DNA from: Alphaproteobacteria bacterium
GTDB lineage: Bacteria > Pseudomonadota > Alphaproteobacteria > UBA828
Direction of reading: 5' to 3'
Length of the DNA stretch: 64,000 nucleotides
NCBI GenBank assembly: GCA_965214705.1
Contig: OZ243972.1
Coordinates: 3,808,001 to 3,872,000 of the forward strand
The position numbers and the translations under genes are program-made. This document shows positions 1-12,563 of the stretch, in pieces. The notes beneath the pieces were generated by a model. It saw only the letters and a program-made list of their open reading frames with translations, was not told where the DNA came from and did no database searches. Every line of letters begins with the position of its first letter. Position 1 is the stretch's first letter.

Positions 1-1422
<1,422 letters not shown>

Positions 1423-1427
1423 CCGGC

Positions 1428-2969
1428 ATGACCGATTGGCCGATCCTGTCCACCGTCACGTTCCTGCCCCTGGTCGGAGTGTTCTTCATCCTCCTGATCC
1501 GCGGGGACGAGCGGCAGATCGCGGCCAACTCGCGGCACGTGGCGCTCTGGACCTCGGTAGTCACGTTCGCGCTCTCGATCGTGCTGATCGCCGACTTCGA
1601 CACCACGACGGCGGAGTTCCAGTTCGTCGAGTTCGTGCCGTGGCTGCCCGAGCACAACATCGGCTACCACTTGGGCGTGGACGGAATCTCGATCTTCTTC
1701 CTGATCCTGACCACGTTCCTGATCCCGCTCTGCATCCTCGCCTCGTGGGAGGCGATCGCGACGCGCGTGCGCGAATTCATGATCGCCTTCCTGGTGATGG
1801 AGACGCTGATCGTCGGTGTCTTCTGCTCCCTCGACTTCGTGATGTTCTACATCTTCTTCGAGGGCCAGCTGATCCCGATGTTCCTGATCATCGGCATCTG
1901 GGGCGGTGCGCGGCGGGTCTATTCCGCGTTCAAGTTCTTCCTCTACACGCTGGTGGGCTCGGTGCTGTTCCTGCTGGCGATCCTGTTCATGTACCTCGAC
2001 GCCGGCACCACCGACATCCCGATGTTGCTCGTGCACGAGTTCGCGCCGGCGATACAGACCTGGCTCTGGCTCGCGCTCTTCGCCTCCTTCGCGGTCAAGC
2101 TGCCGATGTGGCCGTTCCACACTTGGCTGCCGGACGCCCACGTGGAGGCGCCGACGGCGGGCTCGGTAATCCTCGCCGGCATCCTGTTGAAGATGGGCGG
2201 CTACGGCTTCCTGCGCTTCTCGCTGCCGATGCTGCCGGACGCGAGCGCCTTCTTCGTGCCCTTCATTTACTCGCTGAGCGTGGTCGCGATCATCTACACC
2301 TCGCTGGTCGCGCTCATGCAGCAGGACATGAAGAAGCTGATCGCGTACTCCTCGGTCGCCCACATGGGGATCGTCACCATCGGCATCTTCACCTTCACCG
2401 GCCAGGGCATCGAGGGCGGCATCATCCAGATGCTGAGCCACGGCATCGTCTCGGCGGCGCTTTTCCTCTGCGTCGGCGTCGTCTACGACCGCACCCACAC
2501 CCGTGAGATCGCGGACTACGGCGGGCTGGTGCACCGCATGCCGATGTACGCCTTCGTGCTCATGGTGTTCACACTGGCGGCCATCGGCCTGCCCGGCACC
2601 AGCGGCTTCGTCGGCGAGTTCATGGTGCTGGTGGGCGCCTTCCAGTCCAACACCTGGGTCGCCATGCTGGCGCTGACCGGCGTGATCCTGGGCGCCGCCT
2701 ACATGCTCTGGCTCTACCGGCGCGTGATCTTCGGCGATCTGACCAAGGAGAACCTGAAGTCGATCACCGACCTCAACTGGCGCGAGGTGGGCATCTTCGC
2801 GCCGCTGGTCTCGCTGGCGCTGGTGCTCGGGCTTTATCCGGAGCCCTTCCTCGACGTGCTGCACGTCTCGGTCGAGAACCTGATCGCGCAGACCAACGGG
2901 GCGCCCGATCTGCCCATCGCCGAGACGCCTACCCGCAGCCCGTTTGCTGCGCTCGCGGCGCTGAACTAG
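1428..2969 (+). CDS. nuoM: NADH-quinone oxidoreductase subunit M
   Basis: Start moved to ATG 1428 (MTDWPILS) within ORF 648..2969; motifs [38 protein letters not shown]. Confidence 0.97.
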   Translation: MTDWPILSTVTFLPLVGVFFILLIRGDERQIAANSRHVALWTSVVTFALSIVLIADFDTTTAEFQFVEFVPWLPEHNIGYHLGVDGISIFFLILTTFLIPLCILASWEAIATRVREFMIAFLVMETLIVGVFCSLDFVMFYIFFEGQLIPMFLIIGIWGGARRVYSAFKFFLYTLVGSVLFLLAILFMYLDAGTTDIPMLLVHEFAPAIQTWLWLALFASFAVKLPMWPFHTWLPDAHVEAPTAGSVILAGILLKMGGYGFLRFSLPMLPDASAFFVPFIYSLSVVAIIYTSLVALMQQDMKKLIAYSSVAHMGIVTIGIFTFTGQGIEGGIIQMLSHGIVSAALFLCVGVVYDRTHTREIADYGGLVHRMPMYAFVLMVFTLAAIGLPGTSGFVGEFMVLVGAFQSNTWVAMLALTGVILGAAYMLWLYRRVIFGDLTKENLKSITDLNWREVGIFAPLVSLALVLGLYPEPFLDVLHVSVENLIAQTNGAPDLPIAETPTRSPFAALAALN

Positions 2970-2979
2970 GGGCCGGGCG

Positions 2980-4440
2980 ATGCAACCCTTCGTCGAGCCG
3001 GACTATCTGCCCGCCCTGCCGGAGCTCTTCCTCGCAGGCGCCTCGGTCACGCTGCTGATGGCGGGCGTCTTCATCGGCGACCGCTCGACTCGGCTGATGA
3101 CCTGGCTCGCCTGCGTTGCGATGGCGGCGGCCTTCGTCATGGTGCTGGTGCTCCCCGACGAGCGGACGACCACCTTCTTCGGCCTCTTCGTGACCGACCG
3201 CTTCGCCGCCTTCATGAAGTGCCTGGTGCTGGTGGGCGCGGCGGTGACGCTCATCGTCGGCCTCGGCTACGTGAAGCGCGAGGGGATGAACCGCTTCGAG
3301 TTCCCGGTGCTGATCGTCTTCGCCACCCTCGGCATGCTGCTGATGATCTCGGCGAACGACCTGATCGCGCTCTACGTGGGGCTCGAGTTGCAGAGTCTCT
3401 CGCTCTACATCGTCGCCGCCTTCCGCCGGGATTCGCTGCGCTCCACCGAGGCCGGGCTGAAGTATTTCGTGTTGGGGGCGATCTCGTCGGGCCTGCTGCT
3501 CTACGGCTGCTCCATGGTCTACGGCTTCACCGGCGTGACCGGGTTCGAGGGGATTGCGGAGGCGCTGGCCACCACCGTGCCGGGCAACGTGGCGGCGGAG
3601 ACGGGCGTCCTGATCGGGCTCGTGTTCATCGCCGCCGCGCTGGCCTTCAAGGTCTCGGCGGTGCCGTTCCATATGTGGACGCCCGATGTCTACGAGGGCG
3701 CGCCGACTCCGGTCACTGCCTTCTTCGCCGCAGCGCCCAAGGTCGCCGCGATGGCTCTGCTGCTCCGGGTCTTCCTCGGCCCCTTCCACGAGCTTGCCGG
3801 CCAGTGGGACCAGATCATTATTTTCGTCTCGATCGCCTCCATGGGCCTCGGTGCCTTCGCCGCCATTGGCCAGAAGAACATCAAGCGGCTGATGGCCTAC
3901 AGCTCCATCGGCCATGTCGGCTACGCGCTGGTCGGGCTCTCGGCGGGCACGCCTGAAGGCATCCGGGGCGTGCTCGTCTACATGCTGATCTACATGGTGA
4001 TGACACTTGGCGGCTTCGCCTGCATCCTCGCCATGCGCCAGCGCGGCCAGATGGTGGAGGAGATTAGCGACCTCTCCGGCCTCTCCAAGACCAACCCGTC
4101 GCTTGCGTTGGCACTCGCGATCTTCATGTTCTCGATGGCGGGTATCCCGCCGCTCGCCGGCTTCTTCGGCAAGCTCTACGTGTTCCTGGCGGCGGTTGAC
4201 GAGGGGCTCTACGGGCTCGCCATCTTCGGCGTGCTGGCGAGCGTGGTGGGCGCCTACTACTACATCCGGATCGTCAAGGTGATGTACTTCGACCAGCCGG
4301 CAGAGGGCTTCGACCGCCCGGTCGGCGTGGAGCTTTCCGCCGTGCTTGCGGGCACGGGCATCATCACACTGTTCTTCTTCGCCTACCCGGCGCCGATTCT
4401 GGCCGGGGCGGAAGCCGCTGCCGCGGCGCTCATGCCCTGA
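2980..4440 (+). CDS. nuoN: NADH-quinone oxidoreductase subunit N
   Basis: Motifs [45 protein letters not shown]. Confidence 0.97.
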   Translation: MQPFVEPDYLPALPELFLAGASVTLLMAGVFIGDRSTRLMTWLACVAMAAAFVMVLVLPDERTTTFFGLFVTDRFAAFMKCLVLVGAAVTLIVGLGYVKREGMNRFEFPVLIVFATLGMLLMISANDLIALYVGLELQSLSLYIVAAFRRDSLRSTEAGLKYFVLGAISSGLLLYGCSMVYGFTGVTGFEGIAEALATTVPGNVAAETGVLIGLVFIAAALAFKVSAVPFHMWTPDVYEGAPTPVTAFFAAAPKVAAMALLLRVFLGPFHELAGQWDQIIIFVSIASMGLGAFAAIGQKNIKRLMAYSSIGHVGYALVGLSAGTPEGIRGVLVYMLIYMVMTLGGFACILAMRQRGQMVEEISDLSGLSKTNPSLALALAIFMFSMAGIPPLAGFFGKLYVFLAAVDEGLYGLAIFGVLASVVGAYYYIRIVKVMYFDQPAEGFDRPVGVELSAVLAGTGIITLFFFAYPAPILAGAEAAAAALMP

Positions 4441-4463
4441 CCGCGACCGCCGCCACCGCGCCG

Positions 4464-5252
4464 ATGCCGCCGGCGACACTGCCGCCGGGCTACGCTCTGA
4501 TCGCCCTCGACGAGGCCGGCAGCACCAACGACGAGGCCAAGACGCGTGCGGAGACGGGCGCGCCCGATGGCACTGTGATTTGGGCGCGGCAGCAGCGGGC
4601 GGGGCGCGGCAGAAGGGGCCGCGCCTGGGTCTCGCCGCCGGGCAATCTCTACCTATCGGCGATCCTCCGCCCCGCCTGCGAGGTGCGGAGCGTGGCGCAG
4701 CTCTCGTTCGTCGCCGCGCTCGCGGTGCTCGACCTGGTGGACGGGCCGCTGCCCGGCCGGGCGCGCTGCAAGTGGCCGAACGATGTGCTCGTGGATGGCG
4801 GCAAGGTCGCGGGGGTGCTGCTGGAGTCGGCGCTCGGGCCGGGGGGGCGCGTGGACTGGGTGGTGCTCGGCATCGGCGTGAACCTCGCGTGCCATCCCGG
4901 CATTGATGGCCCCATCCCGTCGACGAGCCTTGTCGACGCCGGTGTCCCGCTGCTTGCGCCGGAAGATGCGTTGCCCGCGGTGCTGGCGGCCCTCGCCCGG
5001 CGCAGGCAAGAATGGGAGGCGCAGGGCTTTGAAGCGGTTAGACGCGCCTGGCTCGCCCGCGCCCACGGGCTGGGCGGCCCGGTGACGGTTACGAACGGCG
5101 AGCGGAGCCTCACAGGCGTGTTCCAAGGGCTCGACGAGGAGGGCGCGCTGGTGCTCGCGCGGCCGGGCGCGGCCCCGCTCTCCATCTCGGCCGGCGATGT
5201 AAGCTTCGGCGATGGGGCCGATGCGGAGGCGGCGCATGCTGCTCGCGGTTGA
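4464..5252 (+). CDS. birA: Biotin--[acetyl-CoA carboxylase] ligase (no N-terminal HTH)
   Basis: [33 protein letters not shown] motifs; usual position after nuoN. Confidence 0.93.
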   Translation: MPPATLPPGYALIALDEAGSTNDEAKTRAETGAPDGTVIWARQQRAGRGRRGRAWVSPPGNLYLSAILRPACEVRSVAQLSFVAALAVLDLVDGPLPGRARCKWPNDVLVDGGKVAGVLLESALGPGGRVDWVVLGIGVNLACHPGIDGPIPSTSLVDAGVPLLAPEDALPAVLAALARRRQEWEAQGFEAVRRAWLARAHGLGGPVTVTNGERSLTGVFQGLDEEGALVLARPGAAPLSISAGDVSFGDGADAEAAHAARG

Positions 5253-6021
5253 CGCCGGCAACACCAACACCGTCTTCGCGGTGTTCGACGGCGACGGGGA
5301 GGACGCGCCGCGCGGCCAGTGGCGCGCCATGACGGACGCCAGGCGCACGAGCGACGAGTACGCGGTCTGGCTCGGCCAACTCCTGGCGCAGAAGGGCCTC
5401 AGCCTCGCCGATATCGGCGAGGCCATCGTCTCCAGCGTGGTGCCGCAGGGGATCGGTGCGTTGAAGTCCCTCTGCGCCGATCATTGCGGTTGCGCGGCGC
5501 AGGTGATCGGAGAGCCGGGGGTCGCGCTCGGCATCGCGGTCAACGTGCCCCGGCCCGAGGAGGTGGGGGCCGACCGGCTGGTCAACACGGTGGGCGCGCA
5601 CATCCGCCATCCCGGCGCGCTCATCATCCTCGACTTCGGCACCGCGACTACCTTCGATTCCGTGAGTGCGGCGGGCGCCTACGAGGGCGGCATCATCGCA
5701 CCGGGCATCGGGCTCTCGCTGGAGGCGCTGCACCAGGCCGCCGCGCAGCTTCCACGCATCGCGGTCAAGCGCCCCGAACGGCTGATTGCCAAGGCGACGG
5801 TGCCGGCCATGCAGTCCGGCATCTACTGGGGCTACGTGGGCCTGATCGAAGGCATCATCGCGCGCATGAAGACCGAGATTGCGGCACCCGTGACCACGGT
5901 CGCGACCGGCGGGCTCGCCAGCCTCTTCGGCGATGCCACGGACGCGATCGACCGGGTCGATCCTGACCTGACGATTCGGGGATTGCGCGAGGTCCACCGG
6001 CGCAACCGGAGGGCGCCATGA
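5236..6021 (+). CDS. coaX: Type III pantothenate kinase
   Basis: [36 protein letters not shown] motifs; start at ATG 5236. Confidence 0.94.
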   Translation: MLLAVDAGNTNTVFAVFDGDGEDAPRGQWRAMTDARRTSDEYAVWLGQLLAQKGLSLADIGEAIVSSVVPQGIGALKSLCADHCGCAAQVIGEPGVALGIAVNVPRPEEVGADRLVNTVGAHIRHPGALIILDFGTATTFDSVSAAGAYEGGIIAPGIGLSLEALHQAAAQLPRIAVKRPERLIAKATVPAMQSGIYWGYVGLIEGIIARMKTEIAAPVTTVATGGLASLFGDATDAIDRVDPDLTIRGLREVHRRNRRAP

Positions 6022-7703
6022 ACGCGCCCGAGAGGAACGCCGGGCCCAGCGTCCAGCGCGACGCGCTGCACTTCCTGCCCCTCGGCGGGGCCGGCGAGAT
6101 CGGCATGAACCTCAACCTCTACGCCTGCCAGGGCCAGTGGCTGATGGTCGATCTCGGCATCACCTTTGCGGGCGACACGCTGCCCGGCATCGACGTGCTC
6201 ATGCCGGACCCGGCATTCATCGAGGAGCGCCGGAAGGACCTGCTCGCCATCGTGCTGACCCATGCCCACGAGGACCATCTGGGCGCGGTCGCCTATCTCT
6301 GGCCGAGGCTGCGCTGCCCCGTGTACGCGACGCCGTTCGCCGCTGCGGTGTTGCGCGAGAAGCTGGCGGACGCGAAGCTGCTCTCGGAGGTGCCGCTGAC
6401 CGAGGTGGCGCTGTCCAGCCGGCTCAATCTCGGGCCGTTCGCGCTCACTTTCATCTCGCTCACCCACTCGATCCCCGAGCCGAATGCGCTGCTGATCGAG
6501 ACGCCCTACGGGCGCGTGATGCACACTGGCGACTGGAAGATCGATCCCGAGCCGCTGGTCGGCGAGAACCTGGACGAGGCCGCGCTGCGCCAGGCGGGCG
6601 AGGCCGGCGTGCTCGCGCTGGTCGGCGATTCCACCAACGCGACGGTCGAGGGCAAATCTGGATCGGAAGGCGCGGTGCGCGAGACTCTCACGCGCCTGAT
6701 CGCCGAACGCGAGCACGGCCTTGCCGTCACCCTCTTCGCCTCCAACGTCGCCCGGCTCGAATCGGTGGCGCTGGCGGCGTGGGATGCGGGCCGGGAGCCG
6801 GTGCTGGTCGGGCGCTCGCTCCATCGCTACGTGCGGGCGGCGCGCGCGTGCGGCTATCTTGAGGACGTGCGACTGCTCACGGAGGACGAGGGCGCGCCGC
6901 TGCACAGCAGCCAGGTGGTCTATCTCTGCACCGGCTGCCAGGGCGAGCCGCGTGCCGCCATGTCTCGGATTGGCTCGGATAACCATCCGCGGGTGAGCCT
7001 CGGCGAAGGCGATACGGTGATCTTCTCGTCGAAGATCATCCCCGGCAACGAGCGGACGATTGGCGACCTGCATAACAAGTTGCTGCGGCGCGGCATCGAG
7101 GTCATCACGGAGTACGACGCGGGCGTGCACGTCTCCGGCCATCCCTGCCGGGGCGAGCTGCGCCAGATGTACCAATGGATCCGGCCGCAGATCGCGGTGC
7201 CGGTGCACGGCGAGGCGCGCCACATGCAGGCGCATGGTGCGCTGGCCCGCGCGCTGCAGGTGCCAGAACCCGTCTTCGTCGAGAACGGCGATCTGCTGCG
7301 CCTTGCGCCGGGGCCGGCCACGGTGATCGGCCGCGCGCCGGCCGGGCGGCTCGCGCTGGACGGCGAGCAGATCGTCGCGACCAATCACGTCTCCATCGGC
7401 GCGCGCCGCAAGCTGATGCACAATGGGGCGATCTTCGTCTCGGTGGTGGTCGACCGCAGCGGGCGCACCCTGGTCTCGCCCCAGGTCTCGGGCCGGGGCA
7501 TCCTGGACGGGGAGGACGAACAGCCCGCGCGGGAGGCGATCGCGGCGGACGTGGCCGACGCGGTGGACTCCCTGCCGCGGGCGCAGGCACGCGAGGAGGG
7601 CCCGATCGAGCAGGCGGCACGGCAAGCCATCCGGCGCGCCTTGCGCGAGAGCCACGGCAAGCGCCCGGTGATCGACGTGCAGATCGCGCGGGTGCCTGGC
7701 TGA
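6018..7703 (+). CDS. rnj: Ribonuclease J (beta-CASP metallo-beta-lactamase fold)
   Basis: [43 protein letters not shown]; ATGA overlap with coaX. Confidence 0.95.
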   Translation: MNAPERNAGPSVQRDALHFLPLGGAGEIGMNLNLYACQGQWLMVDLGITFAGDTLPGIDVLMPDPAFIEERRKDLLAIVLTHAHEDHLGAVAYLWPRLRCPVYATPFAAAVLREKLADAKLLSEVPLTEVALSSRLNLGPFALTFISLTHSIPEPNALLIETPYGRVMHTGDWKIDPEPLVGENLDEAALRQAGEAGVLALVGDSTNATVEGKSGSEGAVRETLTRLIAEREHGLAVTLFASNVARLESVALAAWDAGREPVLVGRSLHRYVRAARACGYLEDVRLLTEDEGAPLHSSQVVYLCTGCQGEPRAAMSRIGSDNHPRVSLGEGDTVIFSSKIIPGNERTIGDLHNKLLRRGIEVITEYDAGVHVSGHPCRGELRQMYQWIRPQIAVPVHGEARHMQAHGALARALQVPEPVFVENGDLLRLAPGPATVIGRAPAGRLALDGEQIVATNHVSIGARRKLMHNGAIFVSVVVDRSGRTLVSPQVSGRGILDGEDEQPAREAIAADVADAVDSLPRAQAREEGPIEQAARQAIRRALRESHGKRPVIDVQIARVPG

Positions 7704-7716
7704 GCGGAGCGGGATC

Positions 7717-8121
7717 ATGATCGGACGCCTGAACCATGTCGCCATCGCCGTGCCGGACCTCGCGGCGGCGAGCGCGCTCTATCGCGGGACCCTGGGCGCC
7801 GAGGTCTCCGAGCCCCTGGACCTGCCCGAGCATGGTGTGACGACGGTCTTCGTCACGCTGCCGAACACCAAGCTCGAGCTGCTGCATCCGCTGGGCGAGG
7901 GGTCGCCCATCGCGGGCTTCCTCGCCAAGAACCCGGCGGGCGGCATCCATCATCTCTGCTACGAGGTGGACGATATCTACGCGGCGCGCGACCGCCTGGT
8001 GGCGGAAGGCGCGCGAGTGCTGGGCGACGGCGAGCCGCGCACCGGCGCCCACGGCAAACCAGTGATCTTCCTCCACCCCAAGGACTTCTGCGGCACGCTG
8101 GTCGAGCTGGAGCAGGTCTGA
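7717..8121 (+). CDS. mce: Methylmalonyl-CoA epimerase
   Basis: MIGRLNHVAIAVPDL, GGIHHLCYEV, GAHGKPVIFLHPKDFCGTLVELEQ. Confidence 0.95.
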   Translation: MIGRLNHVAIAVPDLAAASALYRGTLGAEVSEPLDLPEHGVTTVFVTLPNTKLELLHPLGEGSPIAGFLAKNPAGGIHHLCYEVDDIYAARDRLVAEGARVLGDGEPRTGAHGKPVIFLHPKDFCGTLVELEQV

Positions 8122-8131
8122 GGCCGCCGCC

Positions 8132-8374
8132 GTGGACGCCTTCGGCATCATCGTCGTCTTCGTGATCGCCTGGTGGCTCTCCTTCTTCGTCGCGCTGCCC
8201 TTCGGGATCAGGCCGATCGAGAATCCGGAGCCCGGCCACGCGCCCGGCGCCCCTCAGCGTCCGCGGCTCTGGCGCAAGGCGGCCATCGCGACGGTGGCGG
8301 GCAGCGTGATTACCGGCGTCATCGTCGGCATTGTCGAGGCCGGCTGGCTTTCGCTCGAGACCTTCGCGGAATAG
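8132..8374 (+). CDS. DUF1467 family small membrane protein
   Basis: WWLSFFVALPFG...PGHAPGAP..P.LWRK pattern; typical position after mce. Confidence 0.85.
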   Translation: MDAFGIIVVFVIAWWLSFFVALPFGIRPIENPEPGHAPGAPQRPRLWRKAAIATVAGSVITGVIVGIVEAGWLSLETFAE

Positions 8375-8391
8375 GGGCAGGGCAGAGGGCC

Positions 8392-8928
8392 GTGACGAGC
8401 TACTGCGATATCGCGCCGGGGCATCCCTTCCACGGTCCCTATCACGACCGAGTTTACGGCTTCCCGGTGCGGGACGACGACCGGCTGTTCGAGCGCCTCA
8501 TCCTGGAGATCAACCAGGCCGGACTCTCCTGGCTCACGATCCTGAAGAAGCAAGAGGCCTTCGTCGCGGCCTTCGAGGGCTTCGAGATCGCGCGGGTCGC
8601 GGCCTACGGCGATGAGGAGCGGGCGCGCCTGCTGGCCGACGCGGGCATCATCCGCAACCGGCTCAAGGTCGACGCGGCCATCGAAAACGCCAAGCGCATC
8701 GCGGCGTTGCAGGAGTCCCACGGCTCCTTCACCGCCTGGCTCGACGCGCATCATCCGAGGCCCCACGCGGATTGGGTGAAGCTCTTCAAGGCCTGCTTCA
8801 AGTTCACGGGCGGTGAGATCTGTCGCGAATTCCTGCTGTCGACCGGCTATCTGGAAGGCGCCCACCGGCCCGACTGCCCCGTCTATGCAGAAATCCTGAA
8901 ACAGAAACCGCCCTGGCAGCGTGCCTGA
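8392..8928 (+). CDS. tag: DNA-3-methyladenine glycosylase I
   Basis: YHDRVYGFP, LFERLILEINQAGLSW, IIRNRLKV, H..DC; start assigned to GTG 8392. Confidence 0.9.
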   Translation: MTSYCDIAPGHPFHGPYHDRVYGFPVRDDDRLFERLILEINQAGLSWLTILKKQEAFVAAFEGFEIARVAAYGDEERARLLADAGIIRNRLKVDAAIENAKRIAALQESHGSFTAWLDAHHPRPHADWVKLFKACFKFTGGEICREFLLSTGYLEGAHRPDCPVYAEILKQKPPWQRA

Positions 8929-8934
8929 CTCAGG

Positions 8935-10110
8935 TCAGACGGCGACTTCGTCCACTCTCACCCAGCGCCGCTCGGCGTCGGAAAGGATGCAGGCGTCGAT
9001 TACCCGCTGGACCTCCGCCGCAAACCTGAAATCGGGATAGGCCGGCTTGCCGGCGGCAACCGCTTCGATGAGGTCCTGAACCTCCATCACCTTGAAGTCG
9101 TTGTAGCCGGCGCCAATGCCCGGAACCGGGTAGAACGCCCCGTAGCGCGGGTCGCTCGGCCCCGTCGAGATGTGCTTGAAGCCCGGTGTACCGGGATCGC
9201 CGTCCTCCTTGTAGACCTGCAGGTCGTTGATGCGGTCGTAGAAATAGCGGATTGCGCCCTGGGTGCCGGTCAGCTCGTAGCCGATATCCATGCGCTTACC
9301 GACAGAGACGCGGCTCATCTCCATGTGTCCGTTCAGGCCGCCGGCGGTCTTGAACATTGCGGTCGCGAGGTCGTCCGTGTCGACCTGCATCATCTGGCCG
9401 CTGCTACCGCCGGAATCCATGCTGAAGCCGCCGTGAGCCGCCGGTGCCGGGCGTTCCGGGATGACGATTTCGAGGTTGCACACCACTTCCTCGACCGGTT
9501 GGCCGACGAGGTGTTGCAGATAGGCGAAGCAATGCGCTCCGATGTCGCCGATCACGCCGGAACCGGCCTGCACCTTGTCGTTGCGCCATGAGAAGGGGAT
9601 CTCCGGCCGGCCGAGGAAGTCGGCGCTGAACGAGCCGCGGTAGTAGCTCGGCGCGCCGATCTCGCCGTCCGCGACCAGCCGCCGGGCGAGGGTCTGGACC
9701 GGATTCTTGATGTAGTTGAAGCCGACCATGGTAATGACGCCGGCCTTCTCGGCCGCCTCCGCCATCGCGAACGCTTCCTTTGCGTCGTTGGCGAGGGGCT
9801 TCTCGCAGTAAACATGCTTGCCGGCGGCGATCGCGGCCATCGTCATCTCGAAGTGGAGGTCGTTCGGCGTGTCGATGTCGACGATGTCGATGGTCGGGTC
9901 GTCGATAATCTCCCGCCAATCCGCCGTGTAGCGGCGGAAACCGAGCTCTCGGGCCGCGCGGCTCGCGATCTCCTCGTTCACTTCGGCCACGGCTTCCAGC
10001 ACGGGAACCGCCGGCTCGCCGCCGAAGGCGAGCGGCTGGGCGCGATAGCACATGGCGTGGGTCTTGCCCATCCAGCCGGCACCGATGAGGCCGATCTTCA
10101 ACTCTCTCAT
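8935..10110 (-). CDS. Gfo/Idh/MocA family oxidoreductase
   Basis: IGLIGAGWMG Rossmann motif, GKHVYCEKPLA, GVIGDIGAH; start moved to ATG 10110. Confidence 0.88.
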   Translation of the reverse strand: MRELKIGLIGAGWMGKTHAMCYRAQPLAFGGEPAVPVLEAVAEVNEEIASRAARELGFRRYTADWREIIDDPTIDIVDIDTPNDLHFEMTMAAIAAGKHVYCEKPLANDAKEAFAMAEAAEKAGVITMVGFNYIKNPVQTLARRLVADGEIGAPSYYRGSFSADFLGRPEIPFSWRNDKVQAGSGVIGDIGAHCFAYLQHLVGQPVEEVVCNLEIVIPERPAPAAHGGFSMDSGGSSGQMMQVDTDDLATAMFKTAGGLNGHMEMSRVSVGKRMDIGYELTGTQGAIRYFYDRINDLQVYKEDGDPGTPGFKHISTGPSDPRYGAFYPVPGIGAGYNDFKVMEVQDLIEAVAAGKPAYPDFRFAAEVQRVIDACILSDAERRWVRVDEVAV

Positions 10111-10390
10111 AATTCTTTCCAATCTCGGGGTTATTCGTTGGCGGAGAGGCCGCGAGGGAAGCAATAGGAGTAGGCCGAAGAGCACAGAACTGCCCGGCGG
10201 CGGCATCCTATCAAGGGCCTCGAAACCGAGCCAGACTCAGCCGGCGAATGGCGCTGGCCTTGGCATCCGCGATCGGTCACCATGCCGCGCAGCGCAGGCC
10301 CCGGTGGCGCAGCTAAATGCCGCGCGCGCCAGGCAGGGGAAACCACGCGCCGCAGGCTCCAGGCGGCGCCCAGGACCAGGGAGATGACAC

Positions 10391-11152
10391 ATGGATCTCG
10401 GATTGAAGGGCAGGAAGTCGCTGGTGACGGGTGGCACCAAGGGGATCGGCCGCGCAATCGCGAATGAGCTGGCGGCAGAGGGCTCCGACGTTGCGATCTG
10501 CGCGCGCACCGAAGCCGATGTGGAGGAGGCGGTCTCCGCGCTCGCCGCGACCGGCGTTCGCGCGTCGGGCCGCGCGCTCGATGTCGGCGACGGGCCGGCG
10601 GTACGTCAGTGGGTCGACGACGTGGCCGCAGAGTTCGGCGGGCTCGATATTGTGGTGCCCAATGTCAGCGCGCTTGCGGCCAGCCCGGACCTGGAGTCCT
10701 GGCAGAAGGAATTCAATGTCGACATGATGCACACCGTGCATGCGGTGGAGGCGGCGCTGCCGCACCTTGAGAAGTCCGATGCGGGCTCCATCGTGGTCAT
10801 TTCGAGCGTCTCGGGTATCGAGATCGACTTCGCGGCCGGTCCCTACGGCGTCTTCAAGGCGGCGCTGATCCATTATGCCGCAGGCCTTGCCCGCCAGCTC
10901 GCTCCCAAGGGCATCCGCGCCAACTCGGTCTCGCCCGGCAACACCTACTTCGAGGGGGGCTTCTGGCAGGACATCGAGAAAGGCAATCCGGACCTGTTCA
11001 ATCTGGCCTTGAGCCTCAACAAGACCGGGCGCATGGCGACCGCCGAGGAGGTGGCCAACGCAACGGTGTTCCTTGCGAGTCCCAGGGCGAGCTTCATCAC
11101 CGGCACTAATATCAAGGTGGACGGCGCGCTCACTGACGGCGTGCAGTACTGA
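10391..11152 (+). CDS. Short-chain dehydrogenase/reductase (SDR)
   Basis: TGGTKGIG, YGVFK (YxxxK), NSVSPG. Confidence 0.9.
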   Translation: MDLGLKGRKSLVTGGTKGIGRAIANELAAEGSDVAICARTEADVEEAVSALAATGVRASGRALDVGDGPAVRQWVDDVAAEFGGLDIVVPNVSALAASPDLESWQKEFNVDMMHTVHAVEAALPHLEKSDAGSIVVISSVSGIEIDFAAGPYGVFKAALIHYAAGLARQLAPKGIRANSVSPGNTYFEGGFWQDIEKGNPDLFNLALSLNKTGRMATAEEVANATVFLASPRASFITGTNIKVDGALTDGVQY

Positions 11153-11182
11153 GCCACTTCGCGGGCGATCGGGGAGGCGGCG

Positions 11183-11653
11183 ATGGCGGAAACGGAGTGG
11201 ACGGTCTACCTCTCCGGCGAGATACACACCGACTGGCGCGATCGGATCCGCGATGGGGCCAAAGCGGAAGGTCTCGATATCGCCTTCGTCTCCCCGGTCA
11301 CCGACCACGCGGCGAGCGACGATTGCGGCGTCGCCATCCTCGGCGCCGAGGAGAGGGCGTTCTGGAAGGACCACAAGGGCGCGCGGGTCAACGCGATCCG
11401 CAATCGCACCCTGATCCGGCGCGCGGATATCGTGGTGGTGCGCTTCGGCGACGAGTACCGGCAGTGGAACGCGGCTTTCGATGCCGGCTACGCTGCCGCA
11501 CTCGACAAACCCATCATCACGCTGCACGAGCCGGCTCTGACCCATGCGCTGAAGGAGGTGGACGGTGCAGCGCTTGCCGTGGCCGAGACGCCGGAGCAGG
11601 TGGTCGAGCTGCTGCGCTACGCGATGACCGGCACGCTCCCGTCCGCTGCTTAG
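11183..11653 (+). CDS. YtoQ family protein
   Basis: VYLSGEIHTDWR and YRQWNAAFDAGYAAAL motifs. Confidence 0.88.
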   Translation: MAETEWTVYLSGEIHTDWRDRIRDGAKAEGLDIAFVSPVTDHAASDDCGVAILGAEERAFWKDHKGARVNAIRNRTLIRRADIVVVRFGDEYRQWNAAFDAGYAAALDKPIITLHEPALTHALKEVDGAALAVAETPEQVVELLRYAMTGTLPSAA

Positions 11654-11666
11654 GAAAGCTCGCGAC

Positions 11667-12128
11667 ATGCCCAAGATCGATATCGACCGGGTGCCGGTGA
11701 AGACCGGCTCGCTCTATCCGCCGCCATACAACGCGATGGCGGACGGACGCATCAAGCAGGCGCTGGGCGATGCGGGCGGGTTGACCCAATTCGGGGTCAA
11801 CCTGACGCGCCTGCCGCCCGGCGCCGCCAGCGCGCAGCGCCATTGGCATGAAGCCGAAGACGAACTGGTCTTCGTCGTTTCTGGCGAGCTGGTCCTGATC
11901 GAAGAGGGCGGCGAAACCACGCTCAGGGCGGGGGAGGCGGCGACGTTCAAGGCCGGCCACGCCGATGGCCACTACCTGTTGAACCGCTCCACGGAGGATG
12001 CCGTGGTGTTGGAGATCGGGACCCGCGCCAGCGAGGAGCGCTGCCGGTATCCGGACATCGATCTCGTCTACGAGAAGCGTGGCGGCAAGGTCCACTTCAC
12101 CAACAGGGCAGGCGACCCCTACGACTGA
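11667..12128 (+). CDS. Cupin domain protein
   Basis: LGDAGGLTQFGVNL, RHWHEAEDE, YPDIDL. Confidence 0.88.
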   Translation: MPKIDIDRVPVKTGSLYPPPYNAMADGRIKQALGDAGGLTQFGVNLTRLPPGAASAQRHWHEAEDELVFVVSGELVLIEEGGETTLRAGEAATFKAGHADGHYLLNRSTEDAVVLEIGTRASEERCRYPDIDLVYEKRGGKVHFTNRAGDPYD

Positions 12129-12152
12129 TCCGCGCCGGGGAACGGCCCCGGC

Positions 12153-12563
12153 CTATTCGCCAATGGCCGGCCGGTAGGTCCCGAAGTTCCAGAGGTGGCC
12201 TTCCGGGTCGCGTGCCGAATAGTCGCGGGAGCCGTAAGGCGTATCCTCCAGCTCACGGACGATCTCGGCACCGGCTTCGACGGCGCGGGCGTAGTGGGCG
12301 TCCGCATCCTCGACCACGATATAGATCGACTGAGTGACGCCGCCGAGGTCACAAGGCGTCCGCATTTGCAGCTCGTCGTCTCGTATCGAGCCCACCATGA
12401 CCATGCCGCCATCGAACGCGAGCTGGGCATGGGCAATCGTGTCGTCGGGACCCGGAACGACGAAGTTTTCGCTGAAGCCGAAGGCCTTCTTGAGCCATTC
12501 GATCGCCGCGGGCGCGTCTCGGTAGCTAAGGCATGGAATGATGGAGGGACCTGTTTCGGTCAT
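12153..12563 (-). CDS. VOC family protein, possible independent start inside the fused ORF
   Basis: ATG at 12563 (MTETGPSII) preceded by AAGGA Shine-Dalgarno-like sequence; complete VOC domain. Confidence 0.6.
   Translation of the reverse strand: MTETGPSIIPCLSYRDAPAAIEWLKKAFGFSENFVVPGPDDTIAHAQLAFDGGMVMVGSIRDDELQMRTPCDLGGVTQSIYIVVEDADAHYARAVEAGAEIVRELEDTPYGSRDYSARDPEGHLWNFGTYRPAIGE

Noticed and set aside
10305-10320. TGGCGC...TGC sigma54-like promoter upstream of the SDR gene
   Set aside because: GG-to-GC spacing is 11 nt instead of the required 10
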